This document shows positions 55,233 through 64,000 of a stretch of DNA of 64,000 nt, in pieces (position 1 is the first letter of the stretch; each line of letters opens with the position of its first letter). The notes beneath the pieces were generated by a model. That model was not told the DNA's origin. It saw nothing but the letters and a program-made list of their open reading frames with translations, and did no database searches. Origin of the DNA: Bdellovibrionales bacterium (GTDB lineage Bacteria > Bdellovibrionota > Bdellovibrionia > Bdellovibrionales > UBA1609); contig JAHDIR010000010.1 of the NCBI GenBank assembly GCA_020630675.1, positions 4,790 through 68,789 on the forward strand. The letters run 5' to 3'. Position numbers and translations under genes: made by a program.

Positions 55233-57344
55233 TTACTTATTTTCTTCGGCTCTTTTCTTTTGATACTCTTTAACCAGCTCATCTTGAATGTTTCTTGGTG
55301 TAGGAGCATATCTAGAAAATTCCATGGTGTATTCACCCTTACCTTGGGTGGCCGAGCGAAGCTCAGTAGAATAACCAAACATTTCAGACAAAGGAACTTC
55401 GGCTTCAACAACAACAAAACCTTCTTTGGTTTGAGTTCCACTGATCATTCCACGTCTTTGGTTAATTTGTCCCATCACGTTTCCTTGAAACTCTTCAGGG
55501 GCAGAGGTCTCTAATTTCATAACCGGCTCTAAAGCTGTTGGTTTGGCTTTTTCATAAGCTTGTCTGAAGGCGGCCATTGAACAAATACGGAAGGCCATCT
55601 CACTGGAATCAACATCATGGTAAGATCCATCATTTAAAACGGCCTTAACACCCACAATAGGGAAGCCTATAAGAGCTCCTTTGCCCATTTGCTCTTGGAA
55701 GCCTTTATCACAGGCAGGAATGAATTCTCTAGGAATGTTACCACCTTTGATATTGTTTTCAAAAACATAGGTATCTTCACTGTCGAGCGGAAGAGGCTCA
55801 ATAGCACCAACGACTTTTGCAAACTGACCAGATCCACCAGTTTGTTTTTTATGAGTGTAGTCAAATTCACCGGCTTGGCCAATACTCTCTCTGTAGGCCA
55901 CTTGTGGTTGACCAACAATCACTTCACACCCAAACTCACGTTGCATTCTTTGAACGTAAACGTCTAAGTGAAGTTCACCCATTCCAGAGATAATAGTTTG
56001 GTTGGACTCTTCATCACGTTTAACACGAAATGTAGGGTCTTCACGTCTAAATTTTTGAAGGGCTTTCGTGAAGTTATCAGCACTCGATTTTTCTTTTGGT
56101 TCGATGGCTAATGAAATCACGGCGTCAGGAACGAACATAGACGTCATTGTGATTTTAACGGAGTTATCTGTAAAAGTGTCACCTGAAGAACAAGTTACAC
56201 CGAACATGGCAACGATGTCTCCAGCGTAGGCGACATCGATATCTTGCATTTCATCGGAGTGCATTTTGACAATACGAGGTATTTTAATTTTCTTTCCATT
56301 GTCAGAAATATTGTAAATGAAATCGCCTTTTTTCATAGTTCCTTGGTAGATTCTCATATACGTCAGCTGACCAAATCGACCATCTTCTAGTTTGAAAGCT
56401 AAGGCAACAAGTGGTTTTTCAGCATCGACAACCATTTCCACTTTTTCTTCGTTATTTTCTTGATCCAAACCTTCGTTGGTAACTTCAGTTGGGTCAGGAA
56501 GGTAAAAGCAAATGTTATCTAGTAAAGTTTGAACCCCTTTGTTTTTATAAGCAGAACCCATAAATACAGGTGTAAACTCTAGAGAAAGAACCCCTTTACG
56601 GATGGCAGCTTTTAACTCGTCCACTGTAGGTTCTTCTTCCATAAGGAATTTTTCACCTACAACATCGTCAAAATCAGCAGCAGCGCCCACTAACTCGTTA
56701 TGGGCTTTTTGAGCTTCTTCCATCATATCTGCAGGAATATCTGTGACCTCAATGTTTTCTCCGTTATCACCTTTGAAGTAAATGGCTTTCATTTCAACAA
56801 GATCAACAACGCCTTCGTGCCCTTCTTCAAGTCCAATTGGGAGTTGGGCCATGACTGCGTTGTGCTTTAACTTTTCACGAAGCTCCTCAGTGACTCGGTA
56901 AGGGTTGGCTCCCATACGATCTAATTTATTGATAAAAGCTAGTTTTGGAACATTGTATCGCTTCATTTGGCGGTCAACAGTGATGGACTGAGATTGTACA
57001 CCTTCCACACCAGAAAGAACAAGAATGGCGCCATCTAGAACTCGGAGGGCTCTTTCAACTTCGATGGTAAAATCAACGTGACCCGGAGTGTCGATAATGT
57101 TGATATCCATACCATTCCAAGTCACAGCTGTGGCTGCTGACTGAATAGTGATTCCACGCTCTCGTTCTAGTTCCATGGAGTCCATTTTTGCGCCGACTCC
57201 ATCTTTTCCACGAACATCATGGATTGCGTGAATTCGTCCTGTGTAAAAAAGCATTCTTTCCGTTAAAGTTGTTTTACCAGAATCGATATGTGCTGAAATA
57301 CCTATGTTTCTTACTTTAGGGAGGTCCCATCCTTTATCTGCCAT
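55233..57344 (-). CDS. fusA: Elongation factor G, mitochondrial/'spd' EF-G1-like paralogue, outside an rpsL-rpsG-fusA-tuf context
   Basis: G1 '[14 protein letters not shown]', '[27 protein letters not shown]', G3 '[10 protein letters not shown]' and G4 'INKLDR'; 703 aa. Confidence 0.95.
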   Translation of the reverse strand: MADKGWDLPKVRNIGISAHIDSGKTTLTERMLFYTGRIHAIHDVRGKDGVGAKMDSMELERERGITIQSAATAVTWNGMDINIIDTPGHVDFTIEVERALRVLDGAILVLSGVEGVQSQSITVDRQMKRYNVPKLAFINKLDRMGANPYRVTEELREKLKHNAVMAQLPIGLEEGHEGVVDLVEMKAIYFKGDNGENIEVTDIPADMMEEAQKAHNELVGAAADFDDVVGEKFLMEEEPTVDELKAAIRKGVLSLEFTPVFMGSAYKNKGVQTLLDNICFYLPDPTEVTNEGLDQENNEEKVEMVVDAEKPLVALAFKLEDGRFGQLTYMRIYQGTMKKGDFIYNISDNGKKIKIPRIVKMHSDEMQDIDVAYAGDIVAMFGVTCSSGDTFTDNSVKITMTSMFVPDAVISLAIEPKEKSSADNFTKALQKFRREDPTFRVKRDEESNQTIISGMGELHLDVYVQRMQREFGCEVIVGQPQVAYRESIGQAGEFDYTHKKQTGGSGQFAKVVGAIEPLPLDSEDTYVFENNIKGGNIPREFIPACDKGFQEQMGKGALIGFPIVGVKAVLNDGSYHDVDSSEMAFRICSMAAFRQAYEKAKPTALEPVMKLETSAPEEFQGNVMGQINQRRGMISGTQTKEGFVVVEAEVPLSEMFGYSTELRSATQGKGEYTMEFSRYAPTPRNIQDELVKEYQKKRAEENK

Positions 57345-57547
57345 TGTTTCTTCCTTATTAAATGTGTTCTATAATTTTTAAAAAAATAAGCTTAAAAAAC
57401 TATATGAAATCGATCAATAATATTTTAATAATTCGGATTAGATAGCATGATTTTAAGTCGCTCGTCTAGCTAATTATAGGACCTTTTCATTGACAGAAAG
57501 AAGGTATACTGTGAGAAGCGGTGGAAATGAGTTAACTAGGGAGTTTG

Positions 57548-59002
57548 ATGCCAATTCAAGATCAAATACAACAGGTTCTTTGTGAGCGCTTTGGGTTGTC
57601 GCAATTTCGAGGTTTACAGGAAAAGGTCATTCATTCGGTTTTGGCCAACCAATCAGCACTTTCCATAATGCCTACAGGTACCGGAAAAAGCCTTTGTTAT
57701 CAGCTGCCAGCTTTTTTGTACCCTGGCCTGACATTGGTGGTATCTCCGTTAATTGCTCTCATGAAAGACCAGATCGACTCGGCAAAAAAAACGGGGCTGT
57801 CTTGTGCTTTTATAAATTCTTCTCAATCACCAAGAGAGCGGCAGCAAACGTATAAAAATTTATCAGAGCAAAAGTATCAAATGGTTTTAGTCACGCCGGA
57901 GCGTTTTCGAAAAACGGAGTTTTTGCAAGCTTTAAAAAAAAATAAGGTCTCTCTTTTTGCTATTGATGAGGCTCATTGTATATCACAGTGGGGGCACGAT
58001 TTTCGCCCTGATTACTCTCGTCTTGGTGAAATTAAGGCCGAACTAGGAAACCCTGTGACTTTAGCGCTCACGGCCACAGCCACACCGGCCGTACAGCAAG
58101 ATATTGCTAACACTTTTGATATTCCCTCGTCTCATTGTTTTATCGGGCCCATGGACCGTCCGGAGCTAACTTTAAATGTAGATGATATTTTTGGACTGTC
58201 GACTAAAATTCAAAAAATAGTGCTGTACAGGCACCATTACCCAGGAAGTTGTATTGTTTATTGTTCTTTGGTTTCTACTTTGCAAAAAATTTCTCATGAA
58301 CTTAGTCAGCTGGGCATTGAGCATGGCCAGTACCATGGGCAAATGGACTCTCGTCAGCGAAAACGTCATCAAGAAGAGTTTTTAAAGGGCGACAATCAGC
58401 TCATATTGGCCACGCCAGCTTTTGGCTTAGGGGTGAATAAGCCAGATGTAAGAAGTGTTATTCATGCCGAAATTCCAGGTTCAATTGAAGCCTACTATCA
58501 AGAGATTGGTCGAGCAGGTCGGGATGGGAAAGAGTCACATTGTTTTTTATTATTTGATGAAGATGATATTAGTATACATATGGATTTTATAAAATGGAGC
58601 TCTCCCGATCCACATTTTATTCGCTCTGTTTATAACCTGGTTAAAGACAACCCTTTACCTTATCAACAATTGGGGCCGGATTATCTACGAGAAAAATTAA
58701 ACTTTTATAATCGCAAAGATTTTCGAGTTGAAACGTCTTTAAATCTTTTAGAGCGCTGGGGATGTTTGGCTCCTGATAAAATTTTAAGACATAAAGTGAT
58801 CAATGATTTAGAAGAAACTTATCTCGACCATGACTTGCATGAAAAAAAAGTAAAATCGCAAAACACCAAGCTTCTTGAAGTTCTTCAATACGCCACCAGT
58901 GAAACTTGTCGCAAGCAACAAGTATATAGCTATTTTGGTCAAGACAGTCAGCCCTGTGGTCAGTGTGATATTTGCCAAATTCAGAAGGAGCCATCGCTTT
59001 GA
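57548..59002 (+). CDS. recQ: RecQ-family ATP-dependent DNA helicase (short form, no HRDC domain)
   Basis: 'MPTGTGKSLCYQLPA', 'IDEAHCISQWGHDFRPDY', 'LTATAT', 'YHGQM...R...Q..F', 'ATPAFGLGVNKPDVR.VIH', 'YYQEIGRAGRDG', and Zn-binding 'C...C.QCDIC' at the C-terminus. ATG 57548 lies 4 nt after AGGGAG. Confidence 0.85.
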   Translation: MPIQDQIQQVLCERFGLSQFRGLQEKVIHSVLANQSALSIMPTGTGKSLCYQLPAFLYPGLTLVVSPLIALMKDQIDSAKKTGLSCAFINSSQSPRERQQTYKNLSEQKYQMVLVTPERFRKTEFLQALKKNKVSLFAIDEAHCISQWGHDFRPDYSRLGEIKAELGNPVTLALTATATPAVQQDIANTFDIPSSHCFIGPMDRPELTLNVDDIFGLSTKIQKIVLYRHHYPGSCIVYCSLVSTLQKISHELSQLGIEHGQYHGQMDSRQRKRHQEEFLKGDNQLILATPAFGLGVNKPDVRSVIHAEIPGSIEAYYQEIGRAGRDGKESHCFLLFDEDDISIHMDFIKWSSPDPHFIRSVYNLVKDNPLPYQQLGPDYLREKLNFYNRKDFRVETSLNLLERWGCLAPDKILRHKVINDLEETYLDHDLHEKKVKSQNTKLLEVLQYATSETCRKQQVYSYFGQDSQPCGQCDICQIQKEPSL

Positions 59003-59028
59003 ATCAGTGGTTTCCCTTTCCTGAAGAT

Positions 59029-59697
59029 ATGGTTGACCCTGACGGTATTGCTCTTATCAGTGATGAAGTTTCAGTCAGTATGCTAAAGGAAGCCTACTCC
59101 TTAGGTATTTTTCCTTGGCCTCATGAAAACTTGCCTATTTTATGGTTTTGCCCTGAAGAAAGGGGCGTGCTTGAATTTAATGAACTTCATATCTCAAGAT
59201 CGTTAATAAAAGATCTACGTAAACACAATTGGCATATAACAATGAACCACTGTTTTGAAGATGTGATTCGTCAATGCGCCAGTCAACCTCGGCCGGGACA
59301 AGAAGGCACTTGGATCACCTCTTTTTTGATAGATAAATATATTGAGTTTCATAAAGCCGGATTTGCGCATAGTTTTGAGTGCTGGAATAAAAACCAGTTA
59401 GTGGGTGGAATGTATGGTGTTTTCATAGAGGGAATTTTTAGTGGTGAAAGTATGTTTTTTAAAACTCCGAATGCCTCTAAAGCGTGTCTGTTGGCCGCTA
59501 TAGATACTCTAAAGAAAATAGGAGTGCAATGGATAGATATTCAAATGGTCACGGATCATATGAAGCGCTTTGGTGGTAAAGACATATCAAGGGATCAGTT
59601 TTTAATAAAATTAAAACAATCTAAAAATATGAGTTTATCTTTACCGCAAAAAGACAAAATTTTTGTTCAGGGTTTAATAAAAAAATTCATAGATTAA
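59029..59697 (+). CDS. aat: Leucyl/phenylalanyl-tRNA--protein transferase
   Basis: 'AYSLGIFPWPHE..PILWFCPEERGVL', 'CA......GTWI' and 'GFAHSFECW....LVGG.YGV..G..F.GESMF' are canonical Aat motifs. ATG 59029 avoids overlap with recQ; the track start 58972 is an alternative. Confidence 0.85.
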   Translation: MVDPDGIALISDEVSVSMLKEAYSLGIFPWPHENLPILWFCPEERGVLEFNELHISRSLIKDLRKHNWHITMNHCFEDVIRQCASQPRPGQEGTWITSFLIDKYIEFHKAGFAHSFECWNKNQLVGGMYGVFIEGIFSGESMFFKTPNASKACLLAAIDTLKKIGVQWIDIQMVTDHMKRFGGKDISRDQFLIKLKQSKNMSLSLPQKDKIFVQGLIKKFID

Positions 59698-59702
59698 TTT
59701 TT

Positions 59703-60242
59703 TTAGCTATTAAAATAAAGGTTTAAAGATAAAGCTGTTAATAGAACGCAAATAAACGAAAGTAAAATCCAAGTGTAACTTTTTTTTAATCCGTCCTTAA
59801 AAAAAACAAGTTTTTGCTCTCGGCGTTCTTTTTTTTCAGATTCAATTAAACGAAATAAATGAGTGGCCAATTGCTTTTGATTTTCACGTTTTATGTTTAA
59901 AAAGTGAACTCCAACGACAAACTCACTAATAAGCTCATCTTTGTCGTTATAGTAGCGTTGGTACCATTTAGGCCGGCGATAGCTATCTAGTCGAACCACT
60001 TGAGCTCTGACCGTTAGGCTAGACTGTTCTGGTATAGGAAAAGTAATTTTGATAATACTACCAAATTCAGGAGTCGTTCCTTCTTGAGCCACAAAAGCCA
60101 ATCCCGACGAAGAAATATTTAAAAAGTCAGTGGCCGTCTGAAGGCTTAGCTGAGCGTTAGAATAAGAGATTGTTTTATCATGAAATGGTTTTAGGTTGTA
60201 GCGAGAAGCACGACCTTTAAACTTTCTTTCTTTAACTGCCAT
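59703..60242 (-). CDS. PilZ-like domain protein with C-terminal TM anchor
   Basis: 'NISSSGLAF' fits the PilZ (D/N)xSxxG motif, but the upstream Arg motif is imperfect ('RKFKGRASR'). C-terminal TM 'WILLSFICVLLTALSL'. Confidence 0.35.
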   Translation of the reverse strand: MAVKERKFKGRASRYNLKPFHDKTISYSNAQLSLQTATDFLNISSSGLAFVAQEGTTPEFGSIIKITFPIPEQSSLTVRAQVVRLDSYRRPKWYQRYYNDKDELISEFVVGVHFLNIKRENQKQLATHLFRLIESEKKERREQKLVFFKDGLKKSYTWILLSFICVLLTALSLNLYFNS

Positions 60243-60329
60243 AAAGATTATTCGGCATTTTAGGCCTAAAGCCTTAATGGGAAATTAAAATTTTTTAATA
60301 AAGTGTTTCAAAGTGAAACAGAAAAAAAG

Positions 60330-61193
60330 TTATGGCTTGGGAATTGAAAAAACCAACTCAATGGCTGGATGGTCAGACGTTTTTATGTTTGGTAGTAAAC
60401 GGGCTTTTTTTAGACTTAGCCCACGCACAAAAACCAAATCAAGGGCTGTACGACGCTGATCATTTTCTAAGGGCAAGAGTTTTAAGCCGATGTGTTCAGC
60501 TAAGCGAACAACCAGCTTTAAACGTTGGCGGTTTCTGGTGTTAAAGTCACCAGCTAAAATAAGAGGGCCCTGATGATACCTTATTGCTTGAAAAACTTGC
60601 TCCATATGCTTTTTAAACTTTTTGTGTCTAACAAAGTTGATGCCGTGAACATTTCCGATGCGAAGAGATTGCTTATGGTCGGATATTGAGTAATCAATAA
60701 ATAAACTTGTTTTTGGCGAGTTGAGAATGGGCTCGTAAACAGGGCTTCGTTCAAAAAAAGAATTAAAAATGTGCCAACGAGAAAGGGTCGAAACTCCTGT
60801 GGGTGAACCTAGATAATTAAAACTAGGGGCCGTGATAATATGATGTTGATTGAGGGGAGATTCTTTTATTTTTTGATGGAATGATTGAGTGAGGTGAATT
60901 TCTTGTAGAGCTAAAAAATCATATTTCGTAGACAGGTCTTGTAAATCAGAGACAAGTCCTTTTTTGTTTTGCTTGTAGATATTCCAAACTAACAAACGAA
61001 GAGTTTGGTCAATTGTAACTTTTTTTTGGGGGGCTGGGTTATCTTTAATCAATTCAGCCACAGGCGTGTATGTGACAAGAGGTGGTTTTAAAAAGGCCAC
61101 TTCAGCGGCGCAAAAACAGATAGCTAGGGTTGAGGTAATTATTAAAGCGATCTTAATCATTTTGTTGTCCTTTTTGGCAAGGCTTAAGGTCAA
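60330..61193 (-). CDS. Secreted endonuclease/exonuclease/phosphatase (EEP) family protein
   Basis: EEP motifs 'LRLLVWNIYK', 'FLALQEI', 'GNVHG', 'ILAGDFNT' and 'SDHPAI', with a signal-like N-terminus. Confidence 0.75.
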   Translation of the reverse strand: MTLSLAKKDNKMIKIALIITSTLAICFCAAEVAFLKPPLVTYTPVAELIKDNPAPQKKVTIDQTLRLLVWNIYKQNKKGLVSDLQDLSTKYDFLALQEIHLTQSFHQKIKESPLNQHHIITAPSFNYLGSPTGVSTLSRWHIFNSFFERSPVYEPILNSPKTSLFIDYSISDHKQSLRIGNVHGINFVRHKKFKKHMEQVFQAIRYHQGPLILAGDFNTRNRQRLKLVVRLAEHIGLKLLPLENDQRRTALDLVFVRGLSLKKARLLPNIKTSDHPAIELVFSIPKP

Positions 61194-61378
61194 AAAAAGG
61201 TTTTTGTACTAATAGACCTTTGAATTATAGGTCTGAGCCTTGCTTTTTGTAAAATTAAATTTAGTATTTTATCGAAGCCATTTTTTTATGAATATAAATG
61301 AGTTTGTTTTTACTATAAGGTTTTCTTTTTTCAAAAAGATCCCTTTGTGCTCTGTTAAAATAGTGTTAGGTTTTTGAT

Positions 61379-61852
61379 ATGACTAAGATTTTATTATTTG
61401 GGATAGCTATTTTAATGGGTTGTGCAAACTCAACGTATCAGCCGCAAGTACCTGTTATCTTCAATGATTATAAATATGTGATGAATGCCTGGGTAATAGA
61501 TAGCAAAGAGTATCAGGATTTACAAAAAGACAATTTATTATTTCATCGTCACTTTTATGAAACCGTAAATAAAAACACCTCTCAAGACCGTTTAGTTTAT
61601 TACATTGAACGCCCAGATTTCTTAACAGGCTTTAAGTTAATTATTTACTTAAAACCCAATCAAATCACTTCTGCAGAGCTTTGGCAGTTACAGCCAGACT
61701 TTAAGTCGTGCTCGCCTCAGCAGTTTAAAATGGCAGATTTTCGAAGACAATCCTGTTATATTTTTAAAAAAAATCATTGGAAAGAAAAAGAAAATATTCC
61801 TGTGTCCGAAATTCACTCATTGTTATTTCAGACCCTGACAACACGGCCTTAG
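61379..61852 (+). CDS. Lipoprotein, function unknown
   Basis: Lipobox 'ILMGC'. No recognisable domain. Confidence 0.45.
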   Translation: MTKILLFGIAILMGCANSTYQPQVPVIFNDYKYVMNAWVIDSKEYQDLQKDNLLFHRHFYETVNKNTSQDRLVYYIERPDFLTGFKLIIYLKPNQITSAELWQLQPDFKSCSPQQFKMADFRRQSCYIFKKNHWKEKENIPVSEIHSLLFQTLTTRP

Positions 61853-61859
61853 GATTTCA

Positions 61860-63617
61860 TTGGTTATATTAGGAATTTCTTCTTTATTTCACGACAGTGC
61901 AGCCGCTTTAATAAAAGATGGTCAAATCCTCGCTGCGGCTCAAGAAGAAAGATTTTCAAGAAAAAAACATGATCATGTATTTCCTGTTCAATCTATTGAG
62001 TACTGTCTTGAGCAGGCCCAACTTTCTTTAAGTGACATTGATATTGTTTGCTTTTACGAAAAACCTTTTGTCAAATTTGAACGTATCATTGAAACTTATA
62101 TATCCTATGCTCCTTTTCATGGTTTTCGCTCGTTTATTAAATCGATTCCCTCCTGGTTGCACTTTAAACTTAACTTAAAGTCATACATTCGAAAAACTTT
62201 AAATTCATTTTTTAACGAAGCTCTTTCTGAAAAATGTAAAGTTTTATTTAGTAGCCATCACCTTTCTCATGCCGGTAGTGCTTACTTTGCAAGCCCTTAT
62301 ACTTCAGCGGCCATTCTATGTGTGGATGGGGTCGGAGAGTGGGAAACCACTAGCACTTGGCAGGCGTCTAAAAATAAAATAACTCCAATTGCTAATATTA
62401 ATTTCCCTCACTCCTTAGGCTTGTTTTACTCTTCTTTTACGTCTTACTGTGGGTTTAAAGTGAATTCAGGAGAGTACAAACTCATGGGCTTGGCTCCTTA
62501 TGGTCAACCTATTTTTACTGACCTAATTAAGTCTCATATTATTCATATTCAAGAAGATGGTAGTTTTAAACTAAATATGAATTACTTTTGCTTTGCCACA
62601 GAAACACATATGTTTAATGAGCTCTTCGAAGAAATTTTTGGAGCAAAAGCTCGAAGGCCCGAAACAGCAATTTTGCAACATTACAAAGATATTGCTGCCT
62701 CAGTTCAAGCCGTTTTAGAGGAGGTTCTTTTAAAATTAGCCAAACATTTATATCAAACAACTGGCGAAGATAATTTATGTTTGGCCGGAGGTGTGGCTTT
62801 AAATTGTGTAGCGAACACTCGTTTGCTTAATGAGTCGGGTTTTAAAAGCATATGGGTACAACCGGCGGCGGGAGATGCTGGGGGAGCCTTGGGGGCCGCA
62901 CTAAATGTTTGGCATATGTATTTGGGGCAAGAAAAAAAATCAGAGGACCAAATGCAAGGCTCTTATTTGGGGCCAGAATACTCTGATGATCAGGTGCTGT
63001 TGACATTAAAGCTTGAGAAGGCCAATTTTGAAAAATTATCGGAACCAGTTTTGTTAGAAAGATTAGCCAAAGACCTTTCTCAAGGAAAAACAGTTGGTTG
63101 GTTTCAAGGGCGAATGGAATATGGGCCAAGAGCATTGGGTCATCGATCTATTTTGGCTGATCCCCGAGATGCTGATATGCAAAAAAAACTAAATTTAGAT
63201 ATAAAGTTTCGTGAAAGTTTTCGCCCTTTTGCGCCTGTGACCCTAGATGCTGAACAGCAAAAGTCCTTTTCTTTAAAAACAAATAGCCCATATATGTTAT
63301 TTACAAGCCCAGTGAGGGGAAACCACCTACCAGCGGTCACTCATATTGATGGAAGTGCCCGCTTGCAAACGGTGAGCGCAAAGTCTAACCCAAAGTTATT
63401 TTCTTTGATTTTTGCCTTTCAGCAACTGACCTCTTGTTCAACCTTAATTAACACCTCATTCAATGTGCGGGGTGAACCCATTGTAAGAAGCCCTGATGAG
63501 GCTTATCATTGTTTTATGAATTCTGGGCTAGATGTTCTTGTTATTCATAACTACTATTTACTTAAAGCCTGGCAAACTGGCTCTACGCAAATAAAAAGAG
63601 AATTTGAAAAAGACTAG
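61860..63617 (+). CDS. NodU/CmcH-family carbamoyltransferase
   Basis: 'ILGISSLFHDSAAALIKDGQILAAAQEERFSRKKHD', 'HHLSHAGSAYFASP', 'LAGGVALNCVAN', 'GPRALGHRSILADPR', 'FRPFAP' and 'THIDGSARLQTV', with 'NTSFNVRGEPIV'. TTG start after AGGA. Confidence 0.9.
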   Translation: MVILGISSLFHDSAAALIKDGQILAAAQEERFSRKKHDHVFPVQSIEYCLEQAQLSLSDIDIVCFYEKPFVKFERIIETYISYAPFHGFRSFIKSIPSWLHFKLNLKSYIRKTLNSFFNEALSEKCKVLFSSHHLSHAGSAYFASPYTSAAILCVDGVGEWETTSTWQASKNKITPIANINFPHSLGLFYSSFTSYCGFKVNSGEYKLMGLAPYGQPIFTDLIKSHIIHIQEDGSFKLNMNYFCFATETHMFNELFEEIFGAKARRPETAILQHYKDIAASVQAVLEEVLLKLAKHLYQTTGEDNLCLAGGVALNCVANTRLLNESGFKSIWVQPAAGDAGGALGAALNVWHMYLGQEKKSEDQMQGSYLGPEYSDDQVLLTLKLEKANFEKLSEPVLLERLAKDLSQGKTVGWFQGRMEYGPRALGHRSILADPRDADMQKKLNLDIKFRESFRPFAPVTLDAEQQKSFSLKTNSPYMLFTSPVRGNHLPAVTHIDGSARLQTVSAKSNPKLFSLIFAFQQLTSCSTLINTSFNVRGEPIVRSPDEAYHCFMNSGLDVLVIHNYYLLKAWQTGSTQIKREFEKD

Positions 63618-63625
63618 GAGCATAA

Positions 63626-63841
63626 ATGAAAAAAACTTTTTTAAAATTAAGTCAAAAACTGTCCGAGTTGCAAATTCAATTCTTACTAGTGTTAGCTTAT
63701 GTTTTAATTATTTGCCCGACCTCATTGCTGTGGAAAATTTTTAGAAAAGACCCTCTAAATAAAAAGTGGATAAAGTCTGAAAGAAGTTATATGATTTCAA
63801 AAAAGAAAAATACGGCCATTCAGTTTGAGAAACCTTATTAA
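63626..63841 (+). CDS. Small membrane protein downstream of the carbamoyltransferase (possibly SxtJ-like)
   Basis: 71 aa with TM 'FLLVLAYVLIICPTSLLW' followed by 'KIFRKDPLNKKW'. The stop overlaps the next ATG (TAATG). The family assignment is from memory and is weak. Confidence 0.45.
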   Translation: MKKTFLKLSQKLSELQIQFLLVLAYVLIICPTSLLWKIFRKDPLNKKWIKSERSYMISKKKNTAIQFEKPY

Positions 63842-63993
63842 TGATAGAATTTATTAAAGATATTTTTGATTATTTAAAATTGAGAAAAAAGTATTGGCTA
63901 GTGCCTATCTTTATTTTTTTAGTTTTGGTGAGTTTGCTGGTTTTCTTTTCTCAAGCGACTCCAGTAGCTCCATTTATTTATCCCTTTTTCTAA
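63841..63993 (+). CDS. DUF5989-like 50-aa membrane protein (not in the supplied ORF track)
   Basis: My own translation: 'MIEFIKDIFDYLKLRKKYWLVPIFIFLVLVSLLVFFSQATPVAPFIYPFF*'. The pattern (amphipathic N-terminus, 'RKK.WL.PI', one TM helix, C-terminal 'APFIY..F') matches the small proteins that, as I recall, follow carbamoyltransferase genes. Confidence 0.6.
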   Translation: MIEFIKDIFDYLKLRKKYWLVPIFIFLVLVSLLVFFSQATPVAPFIYPFF

Positions 63994-64000
63994 CCACTAA

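Overview
AT-rich bacterial chromosomal window that is densely coding on both strands. I recognised no rRNA, tRNA, CRISPR array, transposase or integrase. All functional calls come from by-eye motif recognition in the supplied translations; no database search was run.

Housekeeping genes I recognise with confidence:
- K+-dependent-type membrane pyrophosphatase (hppA)
- lpxD, infA, tex
- topA, with a poly-lysine tail
- an S41 C-terminal processing protease
- a 2-oxoacid dehydrogenase E1 alpha/beta pair
- pyrE, cutA, dcd
- a stand-alone mitochondrial/'spd'-type EF-G
- a short RecQ, aat, an M23 peptidase and a NodU-type carbamoyltransferase

The gene content is compatible with a Bdellovibrionota-like (predatory delta-proteobacterial) genome: spd-type EF-G, many lipoproteins and small OM barrels, low GC. 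This placement is only an inference.

The most unusual part is a roughly 27 kb envelope locus (about 4.2-31.9 kb). It contains:
- a MotA/MotB stator pair with no other flagellar genes nearby
- a membrane-anchored protein whose cytoplasmic half looks like the rotor protein FliG
- a PEGA+TPR lipoprotein
- a VWA (MIDAS) protein with PEGA-like repeats
- several small paralogous outer-membrane beta-barrels on the opposite strand
- two paralogous coiled-coil proteins sharing a novel 'YxWH' C-terminal motif
- an operon of three giant lipoproteins (1561, 1726 and 2101 aa), built from FN3 domains plus FG-GAP/integrin-alpha-like propellers and from cadherin-like repeats

I propose this is a non-flagellar, stator-powered cell-surface machine for adhesion or surface motility. 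That is a hypothesis, not a demonstrated function.

Smaller oddities:
- a 7-bp microsatellite (TAATTGC, 7 perfect + 2 variant copies)
- a tandem OMP gene duplication carrying copies of the same terminator hairpin
- an LpxR-like / GT-C (DUF2723-like) / M23 envelope-remodelling group
- a 50-aa DUF5989-like ORF missing from the ORF track
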